Source: Patescibacteria group bacterium (GTDB taxonomy: Bacteria > Patescibacteriota > Patescibacteriia > Magasanikbacterales > UBA922). Taken from it: 64,000 bases of DNA. Each line of letters begins with the position of its first letter. Position 1 is the stretch's first letter. The stretch lies in the NCBI GenBank assembly GCA_041651535.1, contig JBAZIZ010000005.1:26188-90187 (forward strand), written 5' to 3'. The position numbers and the translations under genes were made by a program. The notes under the pieces were generated by a model. The model was not told the origin of the DNA. It did not search any database and worked only from the letters and a program-made list of their open reading frames with translations. Shown here piece after piece: positions 9,843 through 19,787 of the stretch.

Positions 9843-10418
9843 ATGAAAGCAATTTCTAAATACAAAGAAAAGATACTACTACATAAAGTGAGAGAAAACG
9901 GAGATACACAAGCTTTCGCAGAACTTTATGATCTTTACATTGAAAAAATATATCGCTTCGTATTTTTGAAAGTATCAAATAAAGAAGAAGCAGAAGATAT
10001 AACAAGTGAAGTTTTTTTAAAGGTTTGGAATTATTTAATAAGTGAAAATGCTTCACAAAAAAAAATAAAAAGTTTCAGTGGACTTATTTATTCAATAGCC
10101 AGAAATTTAGTGATTGATTTTTATAGAAAAAAAATAAATAAAAACGAATGTCTGATAGAAAAAATAGAAGAGATGAATCCAGAAGAATTAGTTGGAGAAA
10201 ATAAAATTGAAAATACTTTGGATTTGAAATATGACATAAATAAAGTAATGATTGCGATTCGTGAATTAAAAAAAGAATATCAAGAATTACTTTTATTAAA
10301 ATATATTGAAGAATTATCAGTGATAGAAATTTCTGAAATAACTGGTAAAGGACAAACTAACATTAGAGTTACTTTACATCGAGCTTTAAAAATTTTAAAA
10401 AAAGAATTGGAAAAATAA
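9843..10418 (+). CDS. ECF-family RNA polymerase sigma factor (sigma-24 type)
   Basis: Region 2 AFAELYDLYIEKIYRFVFLKVSNKEEAEDITSEVFLKVW and region 4 ELSVIEISEITGKGQTNIRVTLHRALKILKKEL. Confidence 0.8.
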   Translation: MKAISKYKEKILLHKVRENGDTQAFAELYDLYIEKIYRFVFLKVSNKEEAEDITSEVFLKVWNYLISENASQKKIKSFSGLIYSIARNLVIDFYRKKINKNECLIEKIEEMNPEELVGENKIENTLDLKYDINKVMIAIRELKKEYQELLLLKYIEELSVIEISEITGKGQTNIRVTLHRALKILKKELEK

Positions 10419-10430
10419 AATTGTTTTTTT

Positions 10431-11735
10431 ATGCGAGAACTTAAAAGACAACTTAAAATGATGAAACAAATAAAAAACGGAATAAATCCCGATTCTTTTT
10501 GGATGCAAAAAAATAAAGAAGATCTTTTAAATAGAATTGCTAATACAAATGTTGGAAATGAGAAAAAAATTGAAGTTTATGGAAAAAATTTAAGTTTAAT
10601 AATGAAATTTGAAAGAAATATTGAAGCCTTTATTCCACATAATTTCAAAAATGGTTTTAAACCAGCATTAATTGTATTTTTAGCTTTATTTTTTACTAGT
10701 GGTGGTTGGATAGCTAGTGCTTATGCTGAACCAGGAGATATGCTCTGGAGTACAAAAGTAGCTTTAAATAATGTTGTAGAAAAAAGTCAAATTGCTTTAG
10801 CTAATGAAGATGATGAAGCAGAATTACATCTAAAATTTGCTACTAAAAAAGCTGATGTAATCAAACAAGTTTCAGAAAAAACTGAAGTAGAAAAAGAAGA
10901 CAAAGCTAAAATTATAAAAGATACAAAAGATAAAATGAAAGAAAATTTAAATAGTGCAAATGAAAGTTTGAAAAAGATTTCGCCAGAAAAGGCTGGAGAA
11001 ATGGTAAAAGAAGTAAGTTTAAAAACAACCGAAATAACTAATTCTGTAAAAGCTTCTGCAGAAAAAATAGCTGAATCAGACATTGATTTAGCAAAAGATT
11101 TAGATGAAACTGCAAACGAAACTCAAAAAACAAGTTTGGAAATGGTAGAGGTCGTTTTACAAAAAAAAGTTGATGCTAATAATGAAATAACTGAAGAAGA
11201 AAAAAATATAGTTAGTGAACATATCGCAAACATAGTAACAAATTTAGAAACACATATTGATTCTTTAAAAACAGAAAAAGAAAAACAAGAAACTGAATTA
11301 AACAATATTAACCAATCAACCAGTACTTTAAATATAAATTCAAATATAGGAAATTCATTAAATAATTCAGTGACCACTGGTACTATAAATATTTCTGCTA
11401 ATAATAATATTGTAACTGGCACTTTAAATTTAAATGCCAATAGTACCACAATCAATTTAACTACCAGTACTATTTTAAATGCAGAAAAAATAATTGAAGT
11501 AAAAAATATTTTAGATCAGACAAGACAAGAATTAGAAAAAGGAAAAGATGAAGCAACAAATTTAATACAAGATGATGTCCTTGGAGCAATTCAAAAAACA
11601 AAACAAATAACTAATGTAGCAAAAGAAGCAGAAATAAAAATAGATATTATAGTAAAAAATACAGCGACAGAAACAGTTCAAACAAATATTGTTAGTAGTA
11701 CTGAAGCAATAAAAACTGAAGAAATTAAAAATTAA
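10431..11735 (+). CDS. Putative single-pass anti-sigma factor or membrane protein cotranscribed with the ECF sigma
   Basis: It starts 13 nt after the sigma gene. Cytoplasmic N-terminus of about 75 aa, TM helix (LIVFLALFFTSGGWIASAYA), then coiled-coil and Asn/Thr-rich low-complexity repeats. Confidence 0.45.
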   Translation: MRELKRQLKMMKQIKNGINPDSFWMQKNKEDLLNRIANTNVGNEKKIEVYGKNLSLIMKFERNIEAFIPHNFKNGFKPALIVFLALFFTSGGWIASAYAEPGDMLWSTKVALNNVVEKSQIALANEDDEAELHLKFATKKADVIKQVSEKTEVEKEDKAKIIKDTKDKMKENLNSANESLKKISPEKAGEMVKEVSLKTTEITNSVKASAEKIAESDIDLAKDLDETANETQKTSLEMVEVVLQKKVDANNEITEEEKNIVSEHIANIVTNLETHIDSLKTEKEKQETELNNINQSTSTLNINSNIGNSLNNSVTTGTINISANNNIVTGTLNLNANSTTINLTTSTILNAEKIIEVKNILDQTRQELEKGKDEATNLIQDDVLGAIQKTKQITNVAKEAEIKIDIIVKNTATETVQTNIVSSTEAIKTEEIKN

Positions 11736-11759
11736 AAATCAAAAAGCGTTCTTTAAAGA

Positions 11760-12065
11760 TTTATTTATTCAAGCCTAAAATTACTGTGTGGCCAGGGGGA
11801 AGTTTGTTTGTTTATTAAAACAAAAAAACTTTTTCCAATGCCATACAGTAAGCCTGTTTTTTAACACAGGCCACCTGTCTATCAAAAATAGACTGTTTGG
11901 TGAAAGGGCAATCACTTATGGATTGTAATGTTTAAACATTCTTTTCATAAGGACCCCACTAGACAAGAAAGGTCGTGACTCAATCTTGAGTCGTCAGTGG
12001 TAATTTATAAAGTTTATTGTTACGACCTAAAAAATAGCGCGCGTAACAATAAAAAAGGTTTAATT
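11760..12065 (+). promoter_or_regulatory. Structured, relatively GC-rich leader upstream of the large surface-protein gene
   Basis: Hairpins gactcaa-tc-ttgagtc and ttgttacg...cgtaacaa, and inverted segments ctgtgtggcc / ggccacctgt. Composition is distinct from flanking AT-rich DNA. Confidence 0.4.
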
Positions 12066-12070
12066 AATTT

Positions 12071-15000
12071 ATGAACGATGTATTAAAATTCGGTAAAAAA
12101 TTATTTACCTTTTCTGTTGTCGCTTTGACAATCGCTTGGAGCATGGGTCTTGCTACTCTTGTACCAACAGTTGTAAAAGCTGAAGAATGTCCAGCTTTAG
12201 AAGCTGGAGATTTGTACAAAGTTCCAGGAAGCAATTCAGTTTATTACTTGAATTCTGAAATGGAATCAATGTACTTCCCAACAGAAGAAGTATTCAATTC
12301 ATGGGGATTTAGTTTTTCTGATGTAAAAACTATCCCAAACACTTGTTTCGACATGTACGAACAAGCTACACCTGCTGGTTTAAATTTCCGCCCTGGTTCA
12401 CGTCTTGTTAAAAGAGTAGAATCACCTACGGTTTATGCCGTATTGCCTGGAAATACTAGAGCAGCTATCGGAAGCGAAGCTGTTGCCAAAGCTCTATATG
12501 GTGAAAACTGGGCTAAATTGGTAAGAGATCTTCCTGGTGTATTTATGTCAAATTTCTTGAGTACTGGTGCAGCACTTGATGAATCAGTACCTCATAACGG
12601 ACAATTCGTAAAAGAAACCGGTTCAGACAAAGTTTACTTTGCTATGGACGGTAAATTATACGAAGTTGACGGTGACGTAACTGCTGATGTTAGAACAGTT
12701 TCTGCTACTGTACTAAGTAAATTAGACAAGAGCACTGAAACAGTAACTTTAGCTTCAACAATGGAAGACCCAGCACAATTGGGTGAAACTTCAGGTGACA
12801 CAACTACAGTAGTAGGTGGTGATTTAGCTGTATCTTTATCAGCTAATAGTCCTGAAGCTGCTACAGTACCTATCAATATCGACAATGTAGAATTTGCAAA
12901 AGTTATCTTCAAAGCTTTAGATGAAGATGTAGTTGTAAACTCTATCAAAATTGGTCGTAGAGGTTTAGGTTCTGATTCAGATTTTGCTTCTGTAACTCTT
13001 TATGATGAAAATAATGTAAAATTGGGTAATACCAAAACATCTTGGACATCAGATGGTTACATGAACTACAATATTTCTGGTGGTTGGACAATCCCTGCTG
13101 GAAAATCAAAAACTCTTACAATCACTGCAAAATTGGATACAGCAGGAACATACAATGCTCTTGGTGTTGAAGATGTAACAACAAAAGGTAGTGATGTAAA
13201 TGGATTACCTGTTTATGGTAACAAAATGAACGGTGTTAATGTAACCGTTGGACAAGTTACTATTACAGATGAAGGTACTCCAGCTACAAAGAAAATCGGT
13301 GAAACAGATGTAAAATTAGCTAAATTTAAATTAGCTATGTCTCCAACAGAAGATGCAGAATTATACTCTGTAACATTGAAAAACAGAGGTACAGCTAGTG
13401 ATGGCGACATTGCTAATATGTACTTAATGGTTGGCGCAACAGAATTAGCTGCTGACGCTACAATGGAATCTGATTATGTAACATTCGTTTTAGAAGAACC
13501 ATATTTGATTGAAAAATCAAAAAATGAAACTTTCACAGTTTATGGTGATATCGTAAACGGAGACGGTAATACAGTTGAATTCACATTAAAAGATACAACC
13601 GATTTAAAAATGATTGGTGAAAGCTATAATTCTCAAGTTACAGTTGTAAATACAGATTACAATGACGCTGGAGACGGTTCTGTTATCACTATGGATGGAG
13701 CTGAATTAAATATCAGTTTCTCAAGTACAGCTATTGATACAATGGATGATCAAACAGATGTAGAATTTGGTACTTTAACTTTAAGTGCTGGAAGTACAGA
13801 TGTAAACATCACTTCATTGGTAATGTCAATGGTTGAAGTAAATGGTGATGGAAGTGCTGCAAATAACTGGGATATTGATGAATTAGAAATCGTTGATACA
13901 AAAACAGGCGCAGCTTATTCTGGAACAATGACATTGGGTGATTTGCCTGATGACACTTCAGCAGATGCTGATGCAGAAACTTGGACTTTTGATGATGAAA
14001 TCTATTTAGAAGCTGGAAAAACTTATACATTCACTGTTCGTGGTGATGTTCCAGCTAATGTAGGTAATGGTGATGAATATTATTTAACCATGACCGTTAA
14101 TACAACAAATTTACAAGCTGAAACACAACCTGAAGGTGATACTGTTGATAATTTCTCAATCGGATCATTCACAGGTAAAAAAGTTACTGTTAAAACTCCT
14201 TCTTTGAAAGTAAGATCAACCAACTTGTCTAGCATTGATGTAGTAGAAGACCAAGAAAACGTAGTAGTTTTCGAAGGTACAATGGAAGCTGTTGCTGGTG
14301 ATGTAAGAGTAGAAAGAGCAATCTTCCGTGCTACAACAACAAATGCTTATTTTGACACAGATAACTGGTCTGAAATAGGTCTTTATGTAAATGGTACAAA
14401 AGAACAACTTCTTACTAACTCTCAATTAGATGAAGGTTCAATCGATTTTGATACTGTTGATTTCACTGTTACAAAAGGTAGCAAAGTTACCTTTAAAGTA
14501 ATGGGTAAAATCGCTTCTACTGCTGATGATACAAACAAAGATACAAAAATTGAATTGTATTCTATGACAGTAAAAGATGATGATAATGATACAGTTACAG
14601 CTACAAATAGTGCTGGTACAGAAATTGATGAAAACAACGTAATTTCTACAGCTAGAACAGTTTCAGTTAGAACTACAGGTATTTTGTATGTTCAAATGAG
14701 AAACAACGATACTGGCTTTAATAAAGACAGAATCGTATTAGCTGGTTCAGAATCAACAGTTGGTAAATTAAGAATAAGAGCTGATTACGAAGATATTAAA
14801 ATCGAAGATTTAGTTCTTACAAATGCTAATGCTACTTCAAATGATTCAGTAGAATCAGTATGCTTATTAGAAGGTACTACAGAAGTAGCTTGTACAACTT
14901 TAGATGGTTCAACAGCTACCTTTACAGACTTGAATAAAGTTATAACAAAAGGTACACATGATTGGACAATCAAAGTTAAATTCAACAATATCGGTAAAGA

Positions 15001-15790
15001 TTATACCGGTGATACTCATGATTCAGTTGCATTCAAAGTTGCTAACACTGGAGTTACTGCTCGTGGTGTAGACAGCGGAGATGCATTAGCTTATGCTAAT
15101 GACGGAGCTTCTGCTGGAGAAATCGTATTTGACTTAGGTCTTAACGATACATTCGGTGAAGCAGGTGATACTGAAACAGCAAGTTCAAAAGCTTTCTATT
15201 TATCAGCTTCAAGATTATCAGCAGTTTCTACTGTAAGTTCTTACGGTGGTGAAACAGTTGATACAGCTATCAGCGCTGAAGGTCAATATACAGCTATGAT
15301 TATTTCTGTAACTGCAGAAAATAATACAAATACTGATTTAAACGGTAATGCTGTAAAAACTCTTTTAGATGCTATTAGATTAGATGTTGCTAAAAATGCA
15401 AGTACAACATTCTCTGGTGCTACAATCAAGAGAATCAATGGTGCTGTAGCAGCAAAAGCTTTGACAGTTTCAGATTCTGGCGCAACAGCCACATTAGTAA
15501 CTTCAAGTTTGTCTACTGTTTTAGGCGATGATGCAAAAATCAACGCTGGTGAAACAGCTTACTATGTAGTAAAGGTAACCGTAAATGGTTTATCTACAGC
15601 TACAAACGTAGTAAACTGGTTCCAAGTAAACATGGATGATTTGAAAGGTGCTGGTACTGGTGCTGATGCCGACAATAACATCGATTGGTATGATGGTTAT
15701 AACGGCGTAAGCAACACAGTATTTAATGGTTTATTGCTTGATACAGAAACTATTACTGGTACAAAATTATCAGCTCCAAAGAATAACTAG
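12071..15790 (+). CDS. Large secreted Thr/Asp/Gly/Val-rich cell-surface protein (S-layer-like or adhesin-like); probably highly expressed
   Basis: Signal peptide MNDVLKFGKKLFTFSVVALTIAWSMGLATLVPTVVKAEE. 1239 aa, acidic, beta-rich and repetitive. Codon usage (GCT/GGT/GAC/ACA bias, higher GC) differs from neighbouring genes. Confidence 0.7.
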   Translation: MNDVLKFGKKLFTFSVVALTIAWSMGLATLVPTVVKAEECPALEAGDLYKVPGSNSVYYLNSEMESMYFPTEEVFNSWGFSFSDVKTIPNTCFDMYEQATPAGLNFRPGSRLVKRVESPTVYAVLPGNTRAAIGSEAVAKALYGENWAKLVRDLPGVFMSNFLSTGAALDESVPHNGQFVKETGSDKVYFAMDGKLYEVDGDVTADVRTVSATVLSKLDKSTETVTLASTMEDPAQLGETSGDTTTVVGGDLAVSLSANSPEAATVPINIDNVEFAKVIFKALDEDVVVNSIKIGRRGLGSDSDFASVTLYDENNVKLGNTKTSWTSDGYMNYNISGGWTIPAGKSKTLTITAKLDTAGTYNALGVEDVTTKGSDVNGLPVYGNKMNGVNVTVGQVTITDEGTPATKKIGETDVKLAKFKLAMSPTEDAELYSVTLKNRGTASDGDIANMYLMVGATELAADATMESDYVTFVLEEPYLIEKSKNETFTVYGDIVNGDGNTVEFTLKDTTDLKMIGESYNSQVTVVNTDYNDAGDGSVITMDGAELNISFSSTAIDTMDDQTDVEFGTLTLSAGSTDVNITSLVMSMVEVNGDGSAANNWDIDELEIVDTKTGAAYSGTMTLGDLPDDTSADADAETWTFDDEIYLEAGKTYTFTVRGDVPANVGNGDEYYLTMTVNTTNLQAETQPEGDTVDNFSIGSFTGKKVTVKTPSLKVRSTNLSSIDVVEDQENVVVFEGTMEAVAGDVRVERAIFRATTTNAYFDTDNWSEIGLYVNGTKEQLLTNSQLDEGSIDFDTVDFTVTKGSKVTFKVMGKIASTADDTNKDTKIELYSMTVKDDDNDTVTATNSAGTEIDENNVISTARTVSVRTTGILYVQMRNNDTGFNKDRIVLAGSESTVGKLRIRADYEDIKIEDLVLTNANATSNDSVESVCLLEGTTEVACTTLDGSTATFTDLNKVITKGTHDWTIKVKFNNIGKDYTGDTHDSVAFKVANTGVTARGVDSGDALAYANDGASAGEIVFDLGLNDTFGEAGDTETASSKAFYLSASRLSAVSTVSSYGGETVDTAISAEGQYTAMIISVTAENNTNTDLNGNAVKTLLDAIRLDVAKNASTTFSGATIKRINGAVAAKALTVSDSGATATLVTSSLSTVLGDDAKINAGETAYYVVKVTVNGLSTATNVVNWFQVNMDDLKGAGTGADADNNIDWYDGYNGVSNTVFNGLLLDTETITGTKLSAPKNN

Positions 15791-15811
15791 TTTATTCTCT
15801 TGAGTAAAAAT

Positions 15812-15870
15812 AGTTCTTATCTTAAAAATAAGAACAGATAAAACCAAGACCCGCTTTTAGCGGGTTTTTG
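15812..15870 (+). terminator. Tandem terminator hairpins after the surface-protein gene
   Basis: gttcttatcttaaaaataagaac hairpin, then agacccgcttttagcgggttttt hairpin with a T-run. Confidence 0.55.
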
Positions 15871-16033
15871 GTTGTTTAAAAAATAAAACCAAACTGACAA
15901 ATTTAAATAAACTAAAAAAAATATTAACAATCACTTTTGTCAACGAATTACCTAACATCTATAGGAATTACAAAATGACAAAATGTATGTGGAGTTTTTT
16001 AAAGACGTTTAAAAATAATTGAACAAAAAGATT

Positions 16034-16262
16034 AAACAGACAGACTAAAAAACAATTGCACTCTCACTTTGTCATCCCGACTAAGTCGGGATCCCTTAAA
16101 TAGTGAATTACCGCTATTGGAGACGAAGGATCCCTTAGACAATGAATTATCACTAAACACTTTTAATTCAATAATAAGTGGATTAAAAAGTCTAAGGGAT
16201 TCTTCACCTCCGACGTCACGTCGGAGGACTCAGAATGACAAAAAAGTAAGTTTTGACTATTT
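16034..16262. repeat. MITE-like inverted-repeat element (TTTGTCAT...ATCCCTTA // TAAGGGAT...ATGACAAA family), locus 1a
   Basis: Left arm ctttgtcat-cccgactaagtcggg-atcccttaaatagtgaattaccgcta (16066-16116). Inverted partner ctaagggattcttcacctccgacgtcacgtcggaggactcagaatgacaaaaaag (16190-16248). Internal palindromic hairpins. Confidence 0.6.
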
Positions 16263-16337
16263 TAATTTGTTAATTTTTTAGTGTTTAATTTTTGTTTTAA
16301 ATTTATTTTTAAAATAAAAAAACATCCTGATAAGTTT

Positions 16338-16512
16338 AAACAGACTAAAAAACAATCACACTCTCACTTTGTCATCCCGACTAAGTCGGGATCCCTTAAA
16401 TAGTGAATTACCGCTAATCATTTTAAAAATATTCAAACCTACACTTTGTCATGTTGAACCGAACGAAGTGAGAGTGAAGCATCCCTTAGACAATGAACTA
16501 TCGCTAATTATT
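16338..16512. repeat. Direct repeat copies of the same element family, locus 1b
   Basis: A 79-nt near-identical copy of 16034-16116 at 16338-16416. A second direct variant ctttgtcat-gttgaaccgaacgaagtgagagtgaagc-atcccttagacaatgaactatcgcta at 16443-16506. Confidence 0.6.
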
Positions 16513-16627
16513 TTTTAAACACTCAACAAAACATTTTCTTAAACAAACATTCAAAAAATATATTTATTGACTTTAATCATTTTTTTAGCTATAATTATCT
16601 AAATTTAGAAATAAAAAAAATTTTAGT

Positions 16628-18064
16628 ATGCAAAAACAAACAAAAATTCTCTGCACGCTTGGACCTTCCACTGAAAGTTTTGAAATTATAGAAAAATTAG
16701 TTAAATCAGGGATGAATGTTGCTCGACTGAATTTTTCTCATGGTACACATGAAAACCATAAAAAATTACTTGATACTGTTAGAGAAGTGGAAAAAAAGAC
16801 TGGTGAAACTGTGACAGTTTTACAAGATTTACAAGGACCAAAAATAAGAATTGGAAAATTGCCAGATGAAGGAATTGAATTAAAAGCTGGTGAAGAATAT
16901 CTTTTTTCTACTGATTTGAATAATAAAAAAGCTATCCCAATTGGTTTTGAAAGATTGCATGAATTTGTTTCTGTTGATGATGTTTTACTTATGGATGATG
17001 GAAAATTAGAAGTAAAAGTTTTGGAAGTTAATGGTAAAGATATAAAAACAAAAGCAGTTTTAAATGGAATTTTAAAATCAAACAAAGGAATAAATTTACC
17101 AAAAACTGATTTTTCCGAATTAGAAGTTTTGACAGCAAAAGATAAAGAAGACATTGTATTTGGCGTAAGAGAAAGAGTTGATATGATTGCAATTTCTTTT
17201 GTTATGAAAGCTAAAGATATTTTGGATCTAAAATTTTATATAAAAGAAATAGAAAAAAAATTAGGTATTACAGATTTACCAGAAATAAAAATAATTGCTA
17301 AAATAGAAAAACCAGAAGCAGTAAAAAATATTGATGAAATATTAGATGTGGTGGATGCTATTATGATTGCGAGAGGTGATTTGGGTGTAGAAATTCCAGC
17401 CGAAGATGTACCAATAGTTCAAAAAGAACTTATCAGCCGAGCTTTACATCATGCAAAACCAGTTATTGTTGCAACTCAGATGCTTGATTCTATGAGTGAA
17501 CGCCCACGTCCAACTAGAGCAGAAGTTTCTGATGTTTCTAACGCTGTTTTGGACGACACTGATGCTGTTATGCTTTCTAATGAAACTTCTACAGGAAAAT
17601 ATCCAGTTGAAGCTGTAGAAACAATGACAAAAATAATTTGTCGTGCAGAAAAATCACATCGAGAAGATTTGCCATTACAAGAACCAACTAATAAAACTCA
17701 CAAAATAGACGATACAATCAGTGGTTTATCAAAAATGGTTGCTCAAAAAGTTAATGCTAAATTAATTTTAGCTGCTTCTATATCTGGAGAAACCGCTAGA
17801 CTTATCAGTCGTTATCGTCCATCATTTCCAATTGTTGTGGCTACAAGTACTGATAGAGTAAAGAGACAATTAAATTTAGTTTGGGGAGTAAAACCTTTTA
17901 TTTTGGAACCATGCGATTCTATAGAAGAATTAGTAGAAAAATCAGTTGTAGAATTAAAAAGAAAAAAAATGGTAACTAGCGGAGATAAAATAATAGTAGT
18001 TGCTGGTGAACCTGTCGGAGAAGCTGGAAATGTAAATTTACTTGAAGTTAGAGAAATAGAATAA
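16628..18064 (+). CDS. pyk: Pyruvate kinase
   Basis: KILCTLGPSTES, MNVARLNFSHGTHENH, and the C-terminal allosteric domain. 478 aa. Confidence 0.9.
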   Translation: MQKQTKILCTLGPSTESFEIIEKLVKSGMNVARLNFSHGTHENHKKLLDTVREVEKKTGETVTVLQDLQGPKIRIGKLPDEGIELKAGEEYLFSTDLNNKKAIPIGFERLHEFVSVDDVLLMDDGKLEVKVLEVNGKDIKTKAVLNGILKSNKGINLPKTDFSELEVLTAKDKEDIVFGVRERVDMIAISFVMKAKDILDLKFYIKEIEKKLGITDLPEIKIIAKIEKPEAVKNIDEILDVVDAIMIARGDLGVEIPAEDVPIVQKELISRALHHAKPVIVATQMLDSMSERPRPTRAEVSDVSNAVLDDTDAVMLSNETSTGKYPVEAVETMTKIICRAEKSHREDLPLQEPTNKTHKIDDTISGLSKMVAQKVNAKLILAASISGETARLISRYRPSFPIVVATSTDRVKRQLNLVWGVKPFILEPCDSIEELVEKSVVELKRKKMVTSGDKIIVVAGEPVGEAGNVNLLEVREIE

Positions 18065-18065
18065 A

Positions 18066-18100
18066 ATATCAATTTAAAAATCCGTTTTAATAAAGCGGAT
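18066..18100 (+). terminator. Intrinsic terminator after pyk
   Basis: atccgttttaataaagcggat hairpin followed by a T-run. Confidence 0.5.
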
Positions 18101-18158
18101 TTTGTTTTTTTGAAGATTTTTTATAAAAAGTATTAAACACTTTAATTTTTTTGGTATT

Positions 18159-18359
18159 TTGTGTTATAATATAAATATAAATTTTATCCAAAAAAATATG
18201 GGCGATAAATTTTTGCGACATTTAATTTCATTAATAGTTTTAGTAATTTTAATTATTGTTTGGACAGCAGGTTATTTTGCTGGTGTCCGTTCTTGGTGGC
18301 CGTTAATTTTCGGTTTTGTTATTTTGTATCCTTTGATTTTTAAATTGATTGACGTCTAA
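18159..18359 (+). CDS. Small hypothetical membrane protein
   Basis: 66 aa with two hydrophobic helices. It overlaps the next ORF by 11 nt. Confidence 0.35.
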   Translation: MCYNININFIQKNMGDKFLRHLISLIVLVILIIVWTAGYFAGVRSWWPLIFGFVILYPLIFKLIDV

Positions 18360-19782
18360 ATTTATGAATTGGTTAAATTATGCAATTCAATTTTTAAATA
18401 TTTTTTTAAATCAATCTTCAACAGAAATAGTTAAAGAAATTTTTGCGATTTTTGGTTGGATAGTTTTGGTTTGGTTTTTGTTTTTTGCTGGAATTGAACT
18501 TTATACTGATTATGTAAAAGATAAAAAGAATAAAAATTGGAAAAATATAGTTTTAGCTATAGATATTCCACAGTTAAATTTACAAACTCCAAAAGCTGTA
18601 GAACAGATTTTTTCAAATTTATCCGGAGCTTTTGATAAACCAGATTTGATTGGTAAATTTCGTGAAGGTTATAAACAAAAATGGTTTAGTTTAGAAATTG
18701 TGAGTATAGAAGGTTATATTCAATTTGTGATTTGGACTGAAGAAACTTATCGAGATTTAGTAGAAGCTTCAATTTATGCACAATATCCAGAAGCAGAAAT
18801 TACTGAAGTTGAAGATTATGTAGATTATATTCCAAGTGTTTATCCAAATAATGAATATGATATTTGGATGGCTGACTTTTCTTTAGCAGAAAACTCTGCT
18901 TTTCCAATTCGTTGTTATGATGAATTTGTTTACAATATTACAAAAGAAGATGTTTTGAAAGATCCAATGAGTTCTTTTTTGGAATCTTTTGCTAGAATAG
19001 GTCATGGTGAACAGATGTGGTTTCAGATTTTGATTCAGCCTATAGACAATTCTTGGAAAGAAGGAGTTATTGAAAAAATCAAAGATATAATTGGTGAGAA
19101 AAAAGCAAAAAAAAGTCTCTTGTCTGATTCTAAAATTGTTCAAGAAATTGGGTCAAGTTTATCAGAAATCAAAAGACAAATTTTTGGTTTTGGATTTGAT
19201 GACGCATCTTCTAGTTCTGATAACGGGCCAAAAAATAATTTACAGTTTTTAACTCCTGGTCAAAGAAAATTAGTTGAATCAATGGAAAGAAAAATTGAAA
19301 AAATTGGTTTTAAAACAAAAATGCGAGCTGCTTATATAGCAAGAAAGGAAATTTTTAATCCAGATCGTGGAGTAAAATCTTTAGTTGGTGCTATCAATCA
19401 ATTTAATAATCCAAGTTCAAATTCATTAGTTGTCCAAAGTACAACAATTGATCGAGACCCAAAAAAATCTGCAATTAAAAAAACAGATTTCTTTAAAGCT
19501 TATAAAAAAAGAAAAATTGGTTTTGCGGCTAATCCATTTATTTTAAATATAGAAGAATTAGCTTCAGTTTGGCATTTCCCAATGTCAAATGTTAGGGCAC
19601 CACTTTTACAAAAATCTAGCAACAAAATGGCCGAACCTCCAGCAGGTTTGCCTATTGATTATTTATCAGATAATTTGATTTCTGATTATACAGCTGAAAA
19701 TAAAGAAATAAAAAATACAGAAGAAGAAACAGTAAAAAATTCTTATAAAACAGATACTGGCGAAACAATTAATTTTGAATAA
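18349..19782 (+). CDS. Hypothetical protein with N-terminal TM segment
   Basis: 477-aa ORF with coding-like composition. N-terminal helices, no motif I can place. Confidence 0.5.
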   Translation: MTSKFMNWLNYAIQFLNIFLNQSSTEIVKEIFAIFGWIVLVWFLFFAGIELYTDYVKDKKNKNWKNIVLAIDIPQLNLQTPKAVEQIFSNLSGAFDKPDLIGKFREGYKQKWFSLEIVSIEGYIQFVIWTEETYRDLVEASIYAQYPEAEITEVEDYVDYIPSVYPNNEYDIWMADFSLAENSAFPIRCYDEFVYNITKEDVLKDPMSSFLESFARIGHGEQMWFQILIQPIDNSWKEGVIEKIKDIIGEKKAKKSLLSDSKIVQEIGSSLSEIKRQIFGFGFDDASSSSDNGPKNNLQFLTPGQRKLVESMERKIEKIGFKTKMRAAYIARKEIFNPDRGVKSLVGAINQFNNPSSNSLVVQSTTIDRDPKKSAIKKTDFFKAYKKRKIGFAANPFILNIEELASVWHFPMSNVRAPLLQKSSNKMAEPPAGLPIDYLSDNLISDYTAENKEIKNTEEETVKNSYKTDTGETINFE

Positions 19783-19787
19783 ATAGT

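Noticed and set aside
11760-12065. SRP RNA, RNase P RNA or tmRNA in the GC-richer intergenic segments (11760-12065, 46641-46787, 49431-49533).
   Set aside because: I looked for hallmark motifs (SRP domain IV GGAA/AGCAG loop context, RNase P GGAAAGTCCGG / ACAGAAA, tmRNA tRNA-Ala-like ends with ANDENYALAA tag). None was found. They are kept only as unclassified structured regions.
16069-16281. 70-aa ORF spanning the repeat cluster.
   Set aside because: It overlaps the MITE-like inverted repeats. Its translation (…SRDPLNSELPLLE…SRRRTQNDKK) is just the repeat read in frame.
16034-16512. Possible CRISPR array, because of repeated about 30-50 nt units with palindromic cores.
   Set aside because: Only 2-3 copies per locus, irregular spacing (about 300 bp and inverted orientations), terminal inverted repeats and variable internal hairpins. 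No cas genes nearby. This fits MITE/REP-like elements, not CRISPR.
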